Shown here: positions 8,446-17,303 of the stretch, one piece after another
Layout of the letters: each line of letters starts with the position of its first letter
Position numbering within the stretch: the stretch's first letter is position 1
Assembly (NCBI GenBank): GCA_964472945.1
Contig: CAYYNM010000002.1
Coordinates: 1-52,021 of the forward strand
Direction: 5' to 3'
DNA length: 52,021 nucleotides
DNA from: an uncultured Methylomarinum sp.
Lineage (GTDB): Bacteria > Pseudomonadota > Gammaproteobacteria > Methylococcales > Methylomonadaceae
Position numbers and translations under genes: made by a program
The notes under the pieces: model-generated
Database searches by the model: none
Seen by the model: only the letters and a program-made list of their open reading frames with translations
What the model was told of the DNA's origin: nothing

Positions 8446-9497
8446 AAGTTAAGCTGACGCAGGAACGCAATGTAGGAATAGGGGAAAAGCCTTATATCAT
8501 TGCTGAATTAGGTTCCAATCATAATGGTGATATGGAGCTTGCGAAAAAGCTTATTGATGCAGCAAAAGAAGCAGGTGCGGATTGTGTGAAGTTTCAATCT
8601 TGGTCAAAAGATACTATTTTCTCACGGAAAACTTATGAGGATAATATATTTTTAACTGATGATTATCGAGATAGAAATGATTACACGCTTGAGACAATAG
8701 TTGATGAATATTCAATTTCTTCGCAAGAATTATTGGATATGAAAATATATGCTGATGAAGTAGGGATTGACTGTACTTCAACGCCATTTTCAAAAGATGA
8801 AGTGGATTTTTTAGTCAATGATTTGGAGGCAGATTTTATTAAGGTTGCCTCGATGGATCTTAATAATTATCCTTTGCTTAAGTATATGGCTGCAAAAGGT
8901 AAACCAATGCTTCTATCTACAGGCTTAAGTAATTTGTCCGAGATTGATACTGCAATACGGACAATAGAACAAGCTGGTAATTATAAAATAGTTATACTTC
9001 ACTGCGTTTCCCTTTATCCTCCTGAAGATACGCAAGTTAACTTACGTAATATGGATACTTTACTACAAGCATATTCATATCCAGTTGGATTCTCCGATCA
9101 TACTCTTGATACCTGTGTCCCTCTGGCTGCTGTTGCAAGAGGAGCATGTGTTATTGAGAAACATTTTACTTTAGACAAAGATATGGAAGGGTGGGATCAC
9201 AAGGTATCAGCAACACCAGATGAAATGAAAAGACTTGTGGGTGATGCTAAACGAATATATAACGCTCTAGGAACCGGTCGGATTGATTGCGTAGAGAATG
9301 ATGATCGTATAGGAGCTTTTCGTCGTAGTATCGTTGCCGCACAAGAGATTATTGCGGGGCAGGTGATTACAGAAGATATGATTGATTTCAAGCGACCTGG
9401 AACAGGTATGCCACCAAAGGCAGCGATGTACATAATTGGTAAACAGGCAAAACGTAATATTGCATTTGATGAAATTATTGAGTTTGAAGATTTCTAA
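8442..9497 (+). CDS. legI: Nonulosonic acid synthase (NeuB/LegI/PseI family) with a C-terminal SAF domain
   Basis: ATG 8442 is preceded by GAGG; the track ORF extends to 8400. Motifs are 'IIAELGSNHNGDMELAKKLIDAAKEAGADCVKFQ' and 'GFSDHT'. The C-terminal 'FRRSIVAAQEIIAGQVITEDMIDFKRPGTG' is a SAF/AFP-like domain. Confidence 0.85.
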   Translation: MKVKLTQERNVGIGEKPYIIAELGSNHNGDMELAKKLIDAAKEAGADCVKFQSWSKDTIFSRKTYEDNIFLTDDYRDRNDYTLETIVDEYSISSQELLDMKIYADEVGIDCTSTPFSKDEVDFLVNDLEADFIKVASMDLNNYPLLKYMAAKGKPMLLSTGLSNLSEIDTAIRTIEQAGNYKIVILHCVSLYPPEDTQVNLRNMDTLLQAYSYPVGFSDHTLDTCVPLAAVARGACVIEKHFTLDKDMEGWDHKVSATPDEMKRLVGDAKRIYNALGTGRIDCVENDDRIGAFRRSIVAAQEIIAGQVITEDMIDFKRPGTGMPPKAAMYIIGKQAKRNIAFDEIIEFEDF

Positions 9498-9502
9498 TTT
9501 AT

Positions 9503-10168
9503 ATGTCAAAAAATATAGATACTGATTTTAAGAAGCCAATCATTATTTTAGGCGCTGGTGGACATGCAAAGGTTTTAATTGAAGCAATACGCCAATCTGT
9601 CCATGAAATAATCGGTCTTACTGATCCTGTTATGGCTGAGTCTTCACGTTTTTTAGGCATAAAGGTACTTGGTCATGATGATGTAGTCTTTAACTATTCA
9701 ACGAGTGAGGTGGAATTAGTTAATGGTATTGGCGCTATGCCGGGTAGTAAATTGCGGCATGAATTGAATGAACGTATGGAAAAGAAAGGCTTTCAGTTTG
9801 CAAAAGTTATTCACCCTTCCGCAATGATTGCTAGTGATGTAGAGATCGGTAGTGGTGCACAAATAATGGCAGGTGTAGTGATCCAGCCAGGTGTAAGAAT
9901 AGGTCGATCTTGCATAATTAATACTGGTTCCATTCTAGATCATGATTGTGTTATTCATGACGATTGTCATTTAGCACCTGGAGTAACACTTAGCGGAAAT
10001 GTTGATATTGGCGAACGAACTCACATTGGTACGGGAACTTCGGTTATTCAAGGGATTACTATTGGGCATGATTGTATTATTGCAGCGGGATCTATTATCC
10101 ATCATAAGATACCTTCAAATACTAAATACATTCAATTTCGTAAAGAGCAGCTAGAGGAGCAAGTTTAA
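9503..10168 (+). CDS. legH: NeuD/PglD/LegH-family hexapeptide sugar N-acetyltransferase
   Basis: 221 aa. It has an N-terminal Rossmann-like 'IIILGAGGHAKVLIEAI' followed by left-handed beta-helix repeats ('IGSGAQIMAGVVIQPGVRIGRSCIINTGSILDHDCVIHDDCHLAPGVTLSGNVDIG'). Confidence 0.8.
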   Translation: MSKNIDTDFKKPIIILGAGGHAKVLIEAIRQSVHEIIGLTDPVMAESSRFLGIKVLGHDDVVFNYSTSEVELVNGIGAMPGSKLRHELNERMEKKGFQFAKVIHPSAMIASDVEIGSGAQIMAGVVIQPGVRIGRSCIINTGSILDHDCVIHDDCHLAPGVTLSGNVDIGERTHIGTGTSVIQGITIGHDCIIAAGSIIHHKIPSNTKYIQFRKEQLEEQV

Positions 10169-10170
10169 AC

Positions 10171-10869
10171 GTGTTAGCAATTATTCCAGCGCGTGGTGGT
10201 AGTAAAGGTTTACCAGGTAAAAATATCAAACCTTTGAATGGTTCACCATTGATTTGTCATACGATTAAAGCGGCTTTGGCAGCAAAATCTATATCTCGAG
10301 TAATCGTAACAACTGATGATGAATCTATTGCAGAAGTCGCTATTGAATGTGGTGCTGAGGTTCCATTTATGCGTCCAGCTGATCTTGCACAAGATGACTC
10401 AATGGTAATGGACACATACTTTTATGTGACTGATAAAATTGCAGAAGAAACTGGTAAGCCTGTAGATTCTTTTGTTGCCTTGTTACCAACTGTTCCACTA
10501 AGAATCTCTGATGATATTGATAATGCTGTTAAGATATTTCATGACAACAATGCTGACTCTGTGATTAGTGTGACGGAGTCACCAGTTCCAATAGAATGGT
10601 ATAGAAAAATTAATAGTGAAGGTGTGCTGTGTGATTATTTGCCAGAGTTCAATGCAGTAAAGAATCGTCAGGAATTGGAACAAACGTATGTGCCTAATGG
10701 TGCTATTTATGTTTTTCGTACGGAAAATTTACGAGAGACACGTCAATATTATATGGATAAAACATTTCCATACATTATGCCTCGTGAACGCTCCGCTGAT
10801 ATTGATGAGTTATTAGATTTTGAGTGGGCTGAGTTTCTATTAGGTAAACAAGCCGACTCAAATGGCTGA
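10171..10869 (+). CDS. legF: CMP-nonulosonic acid synthetase (acylneuraminate cytidylyltransferase family)
   Basis: 232 aa with a GTG start. 'AIIPARGGSKGLPGKNIKPLNG' is the cytidylyltransferase P-loop-like motif, and 'NGAIYVF' is also present. Confidence 0.8.
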   Translation: MLAIIPARGGSKGLPGKNIKPLNGSPLICHTIKAALAAKSISRVIVTTDDESIAEVAIECGAEVPFMRPADLAQDDSMVMDTYFYVTDKIAEETGKPVDSFVALLPTVPLRISDDIDNAVKIFHDNNADSVISVTESPVPIEWYRKINSEGVLCDYLPEFNAVKNRQELEQTYVPNGAIYVFRTENLRETRQYYMDKTFPYIMPRERSADIDELLDFEWAEFLLGKQADSNG

Positions 10870-11836
10870 ATGTTATAAAGCGGCTGTAATCGGCCTGGGA
10901 CGAATAGGTTCTTCTTATCCTTCTGGTGATATTCCACGAACACATGCTGGAGCATATTCAAATAACCCAAGAACAGAGATCATTGCTGGCGTTGATTCAG
11001 ACGAAAAGGCTCGAAATGATTTTTCACTAAAATGGGGAAAAGATATTCCCGTATTTTCAACAGTGAAAGAGATGCTCGCTCACATTCACCCTGATATTGT
11101 TAGTGTTTGTGTTCCGCCTCCTTATTTAGCTAATATTATTGCAGAATTTTCACAGCAGTCGCCTAAATTATTCTTTCTTGAAAAACCCGTGGTTGTTGAA
11201 CCTGATAACTCTAAAAACCTGTTAAAAGAAATAAATAATGTACCCACTGCAGTAAACTATCATCGTTGCTGGGACCCGGCTCATAATCGTTTTTTTGAAC
11301 ATGTGCTTAAGTCAGAACGTGTAATATCTATTCATGTGATGTATGCCAAAGGGATGTTTAACTATGCAAGTCATATAATTGCATTGCTTATTCGATATTT
11401 TGGTCCAGTAGGTAATGTTACAAGCATTCCAGTAAATACTCATAATAAAAGAAACCCAGATCCATCCTTGAGTTTTGTTTTGAAGTTTGAAAATGGAATT
11501 CATGCTGTTTTTCAAGGTTTTGATGAGATACCTTTTGATCTACTTGAAATGGATATTATGACTACTTCTGGTTTGTTTTCGCTTAAATCAGCAGGGTGTA
11601 GAAGACGGCAAGAGTTACCTAAACGTGATGCATTCTACCCAAATTACACTCAATTGATAGATGTTCCTTATACAGAAATGGATGGACAAGTAGAAGGGGT
11701 AAGTCAGGCTGTTGATAATATTGTAGGCTTTCTGGATGGTATTGAGGAGAAATTATCCTGTGATTTATCATTGGCCCTGGATGTGTTTGATGTAATGTGG
11801 CGAGTGAAAGAATCTTTAAATTCGGAGAAAAAATGA
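10862..11836 (+). CDS. Gfo/Idh/MocA-family NAD(P)-dependent oxidoreductase
   Basis: 324 aa. 'AAVIGLGRIGS' is the Rossmann motif and 'FFLEKPVVVEP' is the EKP motif. It overlaps both neighbours. Confidence 0.75.
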   Translation: MAECYKAAVIGLGRIGSSYPSGDIPRTHAGAYSNNPRTEIIAGVDSDEKARNDFSLKWGKDIPVFSTVKEMLAHIHPDIVSVCVPPPYLANIIAEFSQQSPKLFFLEKPVVVEPDNSKNLLKEINNVPTAVNYHRCWDPAHNRFFEHVLKSERVISIHVMYAKGMFNYASHIIALLIRYFGPVGNVTSIPVNTHNKRNPDPSLSFVLKFENGIHAVFQGFDEIPFDLLEMDIMTTSGLFSLKSAGCRRRQELPKRDAFYPNYTQLIDVPYTEMDGQVEGVSQAVDNIVGFLDGIEEKLSCDLSLALDVFDVMWRVKESLNSEKK

Positions 11837-13125
11837 CTAAACCAGCGATATTAGGTGGAGACCCGGTAAACACAAAAGTTTTCCCACCCTATAACACAAT
11901 AGGTGATGAAGAAAAAAAAGCTGTTATGGAAGTTTTGGAGAGTGGAGAGCTTTCTGGATTCATAGCTGCAGCCATACCTGAATTTAATGGTGGCCCTAAA
12001 GTTAAAGCATTAGAACAAGCCTTTTGTGGGTATTTTGATACTAAGCATGCAGTATCAGTTAATTCAGCAACGAGTGGTATCTACTGTATGCTTATGGCAA
12101 TGGGTGTTGGTCCAGGAGATGAGGTAATTACTTCACCTTACACTATGCATGCAACGGCATCGAGTATATTGCAATGTGGAGCTGTTCCAATATTTGCAGA
12201 TATTGAAGAGGATACTTTTGGTTTGGATCCAGTATCTGTTAAAAAAAATATTACTGAAAATACCAAAGGTATTCTTGCTGTTAATATTTTTGGTCACGCT
12301 GCTATGCTGAACGAGTTAAAAGATGTTGCTGATCAAAATGATCTTTGGTTACTGGAAGACAATGCGCAGGCACCAGCAGGTATTATCGAAGGTGGTAAAT
12401 TTACCGCCACAGTAGGCAAAGCTGGTGTATTTAGTTTTAATCGTCATAAAACCATGCAAAGTGGTGAGGGCGGTGTAGTTATCACTGATGATGACTCCAT
12501 TGCTCAAAAAATGAGGTTAGTTCGCAATCATGGAGAAGCGGTTGTTGATGCAATGGAGATTGAGGATATTGCTAATACCATTGGACAAAATTTAAGAATG
12601 ACGGAAATGGAAGCAGCTGTTGCTTTATGTCAATTCCGTAAACTCGATGCACTAAATGCATCTCGAATTAAATTGGCAGAGCGCTTAACCGAAGGATTAA
12701 AGGATATAGCGGGGATTACTCCACCTGCTGTAAGAAATGATTGTAAACATGTCTATTATTTTTATGTAATGAAATACGATGCTAATAAAACAGGATTGTC
12801 TCGCGATAAATTTGTTAAAGCAGTGAATGCTGAAGGCTATTATATTCGGGAAGGTTATTTAAGACCTATATATCTAGAGCCGATGTTTACACAAAAAATC
12901 TGTTTTGGTAAAGGTGGTTATCCTTTTACAGCCAATAACCGTAATAATGAAATAGTCTATGCTCGAGGTTTATGTCCTGTCTGCGAAAAATTAAATGATG
13001 AAAAAATTGTACTGACAAACATTATCTACCCTCCACTGACAGAACAAGATATGGACGGATTTATTTCTGCTATTAAGAAAGTGATTACTTATAGTGTAGA
13101 GATTGAGAACCATCCAGATTTATGA
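11833..13125 (+). CDS. DegT/DnrJ/EryC1/StrS-family PLP-dependent sugar aminotransferase
   Basis: ATG 11833 overlaps the upstream stop (ATGA); the track ORF starts at 11797. Motifs are 'KPAILGGDPV', 'GDEVITSPYT' and 'FSFNRHKTMQSGEGGVVITDD' (PLP lysine). Confidence 0.85.
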   Translation: MTKPAILGGDPVNTKVFPPYNTIGDEEKKAVMEVLESGELSGFIAAAIPEFNGGPKVKALEQAFCGYFDTKHAVSVNSATSGIYCMLMAMGVGPGDEVITSPYTMHATASSILQCGAVPIFADIEEDTFGLDPVSVKKNITENTKGILAVNIFGHAAMLNELKDVADQNDLWLLEDNAQAPAGIIEGGKFTATVGKAGVFSFNRHKTMQSGEGGVVITDDDSIAQKMRLVRNHGEAVVDAMEIEDIANTIGQNLRMTEMEAAVALCQFRKLDALNASRIKLAERLTEGLKDIAGITPPAVRNDCKHVYYFYVMKYDANKTGLSRDKFVKAVNAEGYYIREGYLRPIYLEPMFTQKICFGKGGYPFTANNRNNEIVYARGLCPVCEKLNDEKIVLTNIIYPPLTEQDMDGFISAIKKVITYSVEIENHPDL

Positions 13126-14096
13126 TTCTGTTTGTGACAGGTCAGTATGCTGGCGCACAGTATATTCACCCATTATTGGAGAAATGGTCAGTTTCAAATT
13201 CTCCTAACTGGAGTTTGGTAGCAACTGGTGCATCGCGCAAATATTGGGATGATGCTCAAGTCAGTTATAATTTGGTTGAAACACCCTTGATAAACAACGT
13301 TGCTAAGTGTATCGATGAATTAAAGCCTTCGCTCATAATTGTTTCTGCATCGGCAAATATTCATCTTGAAGGTTTGTTTATAGCAAATGCAAAAAAGAGA
13401 GGAATAACTACAGCTAGCTTTATCGATATATGGGCAAATTATCTGATGCGTTTCAAGCATAGTGGTGAATTAATATTTCCAGATAGTGTTTTTGCAATTG
13501 ATGAAAAATGTGCTGAGGAAATGATTGTCGATGGAATTCCTCAGGATATTATCAGAGTAATTGGTCAGCCTTACCTGGAAAAAATCACTAAAAATACACC
13601 TAGGCTTGGTACTACTACCCTATTAACAAGTCAGCCAATAAAAAAATATTTAGGCAACAGTCTAGGATACGATGAAGCAGATTTTTGGAAAATTTGTTTA
13701 GATGCAATTAAAAAAACGAGGAGGGGGGATGTCCTGGCAACTCGGCACCCCGATGAAGATAGCTATACTGACAGGCAAGCTAATTCAAATATTATCTGGT
13801 CAGCGGGACAGGGAATAGACGATGTTGCTGATAGCCATACTGTGATAGGAATGTTTTCAATGCAGATGATGGTTGGGTATTTGTGGGGACGAAAGGTGGC
13901 AAGCATTCAGCCTCACCTCCGTGAAAATGACCCATCACCACTGTCTCGCTGGGGTCTGATTCCATTATTAGAACAAGTTGATGAGTTAGTGCAATTTCTT
14001 AGCGAGGAAAGAGCACCAAACGTTAATCAGGAATTAAAAGGTAATCTTGCTGGCAGTCTTGAAAGACTAGAGATATTTTGCGAAAAATATCATTGA
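13122..14096 (+). CDS. Hypothetical protein; possible divergent GT-B / 2-epimerase-like or NDP-sugar hydrolase-like fold
   Basis: 324 aa with an ATGA overlap to the upstream gene. 'ILFVTGQYAGAQYIHPLLEKW' and 'IRVIGQPYLEKI' loosely recall the N-terminal half of NeuC/WecB-type or PseG-type GT-B proteins. No catalytic motif is recognised. Confidence 0.4.
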   Translation: MILFVTGQYAGAQYIHPLLEKWSVSNSPNWSLVATGASRKYWDDAQVSYNLVETPLINNVAKCIDELKPSLIIVSASANIHLEGLFIANAKKRGITTASFIDIWANYLMRFKHSGELIFPDSVFAIDEKCAEEMIVDGIPQDIIRVIGQPYLEKITKNTPRLGTTTLLTSQPIKKYLGNSLGYDEADFWKICLDAIKKTRRGDVLATRHPDEDSYTDRQANSNIIWSAGQGIDDVADSHTVIGMFSMQMMVGYLWGRKVASIQPHLRENDPSPLSRWGLIPLLEQVDELVQFLSEERAPNVNQELKGNLAGSLERLEIFCEKYH

Positions 14097-14181
14097 GCAT
14101 ATCAGGTAAAATCTATCGAGTGCTAACGTCTGGTTGGTATCTTATATTACAAGTATTTTTATAGTATTAAAGGTTAATAAA

Positions 14182-15552
14182 ATGAGTAAAAAGAAAGGAT
14201 GTGTCCATTTTGTCCATGCTGTCGATACTGAAGGCCCACTTTACGAGAGTCTGGACGAGATTTTTAAGCGTGTAAAAGAATACTATGGTGTAGACGTAGA
14301 AGCCTCCGAAGAAAACCTTAATAAACTGCAAAACAAGGAAATCGATTGCGGGAATTTTACTGATGCGATAGCGGAAATGCTACAGCCCGATCAAATTACA
14401 TTTAATGGTACTTGGGATAAAGTATATGAAATGATGGATGGGTTGATGGCTGATGAGTTTAGATATCAGCTGCCAGATATGGATGGTAACGGCTATTCTT
14501 TTAGTTGGTTTTGTGTTGACCATGTAGGGTATAACAATAATCCAAGAAGAAGAACTATGGGGTTTCATGGCATACATGAGGAGTATCTCAGAATACTGAA
14601 AAAGTATAATTGCTCTGCAGACAGGATTTATTGGCATTATCACCCCATGAGTTTTTCAATGGATGCGCACCGATCTGGTAATAATTTCAATTTCACAAAT
14701 TTGCATAATGAAATACTGACGCGAAGAATTATAGACCACTCCTGGTTTCCCGCAGCCTTCCGTCCCACATCATCAATTCGTATGGATGGTAATGTTTGGC
14801 TTGAACAATGGATACCGTTTGAGTTGGGCAACATGAATGTCGATGACCATGAAGATCTGATTAACAACCAAAGATTAACTGGTGTGTATGGCTTAGATAA
14901 TGACTGTCGGGGAGCACCAACAGATTGGTCTATTTACAACCCCGATGTGCGTGACTATAGAAAACAAGGCAGTTTGAAAAGGTACATTGGTCGATGCTTA
15001 AACGTGAAATCTTATTGCCTTGAAATCAATGAGAGAGAAATGAAAAAAGCCTTTGATAAGGCTGCGTCAGGAGAAGATGTACTTGTTTCTGTAACGAATC
15101 ATGACTTTAGGGATATGGTCGCGGAAACAAATGAGTTTATAGACCTGGTGAAGACTGTCTCAAAACAATATCCGGATGTTGGCTTTAAGTGGAGTAATGC
15201 TGTAAGTGCATTCAGGCATGCGGTTGGTATGGAGAAACAGGAAGCGGTAGCACTTTCTTTCTCTATGCCGGAAAACGTTTTGCACGTAAAAAGCGACAAA
15301 CAAATCTGGGGTCCTCAACCTTTTCTGGCAATCAAGACCAGGGAAGGAAAATATTATACTGATAATTTTATTAACGACGATGAGTATAATTGGCGATATT
15401 CATTCGATTCCTGGACTATAGAATTAGATGCCATTCAGGCGATAGGTGTTGCAACGAATGATCTGGCAGGAAATTCAGTAGTCTACGTTAATAATATTGC
15501 AGATCAAACAGGTGAGTGGAAGCCCGCTGTTTATAATAATAAGGATTGGTAA
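14182..15552 (+). CDS. Hypothetical protein (possible metal-dependent carbohydrate esterase/hydrolase-like barrel plus C-terminal beta-sandwich)
   Basis: ATG 14182 ('MSKKKGCVHFVHAVDTEGP'); the track ORF starts at TTG 14134. It is His/Asp-rich ('VHAVDTEG', 'WHYHP') with no TM segment. I cannot assign a family. Confidence 0.4.
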   Translation: MSKKKGCVHFVHAVDTEGPLYESLDEIFKRVKEYYGVDVEASEENLNKLQNKEIDCGNFTDAIAEMLQPDQITFNGTWDKVYEMMDGLMADEFRYQLPDMDGNGYSFSWFCVDHVGYNNNPRRRTMGFHGIHEEYLRILKKYNCSADRIYWHYHPMSFSMDAHRSGNNFNFTNLHNEILTRRIIDHSWFPAAFRPTSSIRMDGNVWLEQWIPFELGNMNVDDHEDLINNQRLTGVYGLDNDCRGAPTDWSIYNPDVRDYRKQGSLKRYIGRCLNVKSYCLEINEREMKKAFDKAASGEDVLVSVTNHDFRDMVAETNEFIDLVKTVSKQYPDVGFKWSNAVSAFRHAVGMEKQEAVALSFSMPENVLHVKSDKQIWGPQPFLAIKTREGKYYTDNFINDDEYNWRYSFDSWTIELDAIQAIGVATNDLAGNSVVYVNNIADQTGEWKPAVYNNKDW

Positions 15553-15558
15553 ATTAAA

Positions 15559-16560
15559 TTGACTACAACCACCCCTATATTTATTACAGGTCTTTATCGA
15601 TCTGGTACCAGTTTGTTATCGAGAGTGCTAAACGCACATCCTAAATTATCAATTACCTTTGATAATGTGCATTTTATGCGGTTCTGTAATAATAAGTTTG
15701 ACCCACTTAATACTGAAAATATATCGAAGCTTCTCGATGATGTCTCAGAGCGAGTGCTTGAACGTAGCAAGATTCAACTGGATAAAAAATCAGTTATATC
15801 AGAATTGAGTAGGTTGGACAAAGTCAACTATGCTGATATTTACGACCTCATAATGAAGGACTGTTTCCTGCGTGAGACTGGAAAAGAAATATGGGGAGAA
15901 AAAACAAATGTGGCATGGGGTGCAATACCGGACTTTATAAGTATGTTTCCCAATGGGAAGTGTATCTTTTTGGTAAGGGATCCCAGGGATGTTTTGTGCT
16001 CATTTAAAAGGATGACCACCAATCCCTGGCCAGACTATCTCGATGGGATATTCGCTTCTTTAGGGGCATTTCAACAGGCGTCACGCCTGGCTAATCGTCT
16101 CTCAAAGGATTCTTTGTATATTGTTAAGTATGAAGACTTTGTCGTAGAGCCAGAGAAACATTCCCGAGAAATGTGTTCTTTTATTGGTGTTGAGTACGAT
16201 GATGTGATGCTGGACACCAGCACTTACATTGATGTGGATGGTGAAAAGTGGTCTGCTAATACCAGTTATTCAGAAAAAATAGTCAATATCTCTCCTGCGT
16301 CCGTTGGTAGATGGAAAAAGAATATTCTAAAAGAGGAGCTTTCTCTTCTGGAAATGATCCTAAAAGAGGAAATGGAGTCATACGGATATGAATTGTCCGG
16401 AAATACTTTTACCAATGATGATTATTTAAAATCTTTTGAAATGCTTAGGGCATCTCCGACATTAATGTCCAGGTTTGAGTTCTGGCTTAAAGAAAAACGA
16501 GGGATTGATACATATCCAAATAATCCAGGCTGGCAACCACAAACTGTAAAATTAAACTGA
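15559..16560 (+). CDS. PAPS-dependent sulfotransferase family protein
   Basis: 333 aa with a TTG start. 'ITGLYRSGTSLLSRVL' is a 5'-PSB-like loop and 'FLVRDPRDVLCSF' is a 3'-PB-like motif. Confidence 0.72.
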   Translation: MTTTTPIFITGLYRSGTSLLSRVLNAHPKLSITFDNVHFMRFCNNKFDPLNTENISKLLDDVSERVLERSKIQLDKKSVISELSRLDKVNYADIYDLIMKDCFLRETGKEIWGEKTNVAWGAIPDFISMFPNGKCIFLVRDPRDVLCSFKRMTTNPWPDYLDGIFASLGAFQQASRLANRLSKDSLYIVKYEDFVVEPEKHSREMCSFIGVEYDDVMLDTSTYIDVDGEKWSANTSYSEKIVNISPASVGRWKKNILKEELSLLEMILKEEMESYGYELSGNTFTNDDYLKSFEMLRASPTLMSRFEFWLKEKRGIDTYPNNPGWQPQTVKLN

Positions 16561-16581
16561 TAGCACTAGGTAGAATTGGTA

Positions 16582-17286
16582 ATGAAAATTGTATTGTTGA
16601 CGAAGCATAATATTTATCATGGCAGAGAATATATGTCTGCACTGATCAAAAATAATATTCGATTCGACGTAATTTCAATTGATCCCGATAGTGAATGTAG
16701 TGATATTGAGGATATAAGAACAAATTACAGATGGAAACCAGAGTCACTGGAAAATATGATTGATAGTGTGGACAATCACTATGTTTTTGAATCATTAACT
16801 GACCCGGATTTCCAAAGACACATGGATGTGAGTGGTTATGAGGTAGGAATTCAAGGTGGTGGCCTTGGTATCCTTAAAGATAATGTGATTAGTAATTTTA
16901 AACTGGGATTATTGAACTTTCATCCCGGTGACTTACCTGCATATCGAGGTAGCTCTGCCCCGGAGTGGCAACTATTTGAAGGAAAAGAAGTGGTCGCAAC
17001 GTGTCATTTAATTGATGCTGGGATTGACTCCGGCGATATTGTAGGAAAGAAAAATCTCCAGTTGGATTATTCAGACTACTACTCGATGAGAGCGGGTATT
17101 TATCCGGAAATGGCTTTATATCTTGTCGAGATAATACTGCAGATTATTTTGGATAATGGAATTAATTCGTTGCAAGAACAGGATGAAGATAACTCGGTGT
17201 ATAGAAATTATATCGGTGATGATGCTATCGAAGAGTTAAAGGAAAGGATGGAGCAGGGGGATATTTTTAAACATAATGTTTTATAA
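16582..17286 (+). CDS. Formyltransferase-fold protein (Fmt/PurN N-terminal domain-like sugar N-formyl/acyl transferase)
   Basis: ATG 16582 ('MKIVLLTK'). 'LLNFHPGDLPAYRGSSAPEWQLFEG...ATCHLIDAGIDSGDIV' matches the HP..LP.YRG...D.G.I core of formyl transferases. Confidence 0.68.
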   Translation: MKIVLLTKHNIYHGREYMSALIKNNIRFDVISIDPDSECSDIEDIRTNYRWKPESLENMIDSVDNHYVFESLTDPDFQRHMDVSGYEVGIQGGGLGILKDNVISNFKLGLLNFHPGDLPAYRGSSAPEWQLFEGKEVVATCHLIDAGIDSGDIVGKKNLQLDYSDYYSMRAGIYPEMALYLVEIILQIILDNGINSLQEQDEDNSVYRNYIGDDAIEELKERMEQGDIFKHNVL

Positions 17287-17303
17287 AATTACAGGTATAG
17301 CAT

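Noticed and set aside
11912-11919. Multiple A8/T8 homopolymers in coding regions (e.g. 11912, 12241, 21439, 23159, 25001, 37525, 38936, 43113, 51385) as phase-variation switches
   Set aside because: They are frequent throughout the locus and are expected from the base composition and Lys/Phe codon usage. Only the single A9 in the Wzy-like gene was kept, as a low-interest note.
15244-15253. ops-like GCGGTAGCAC inside ORF 14182-15552
   Set aside because: Only 8 of 12 positions match the ops consensus: the first G and the last three positions (the 3'-terminal TG among them) do not match. It lies within a coding sequence, so it is probably coincidental.
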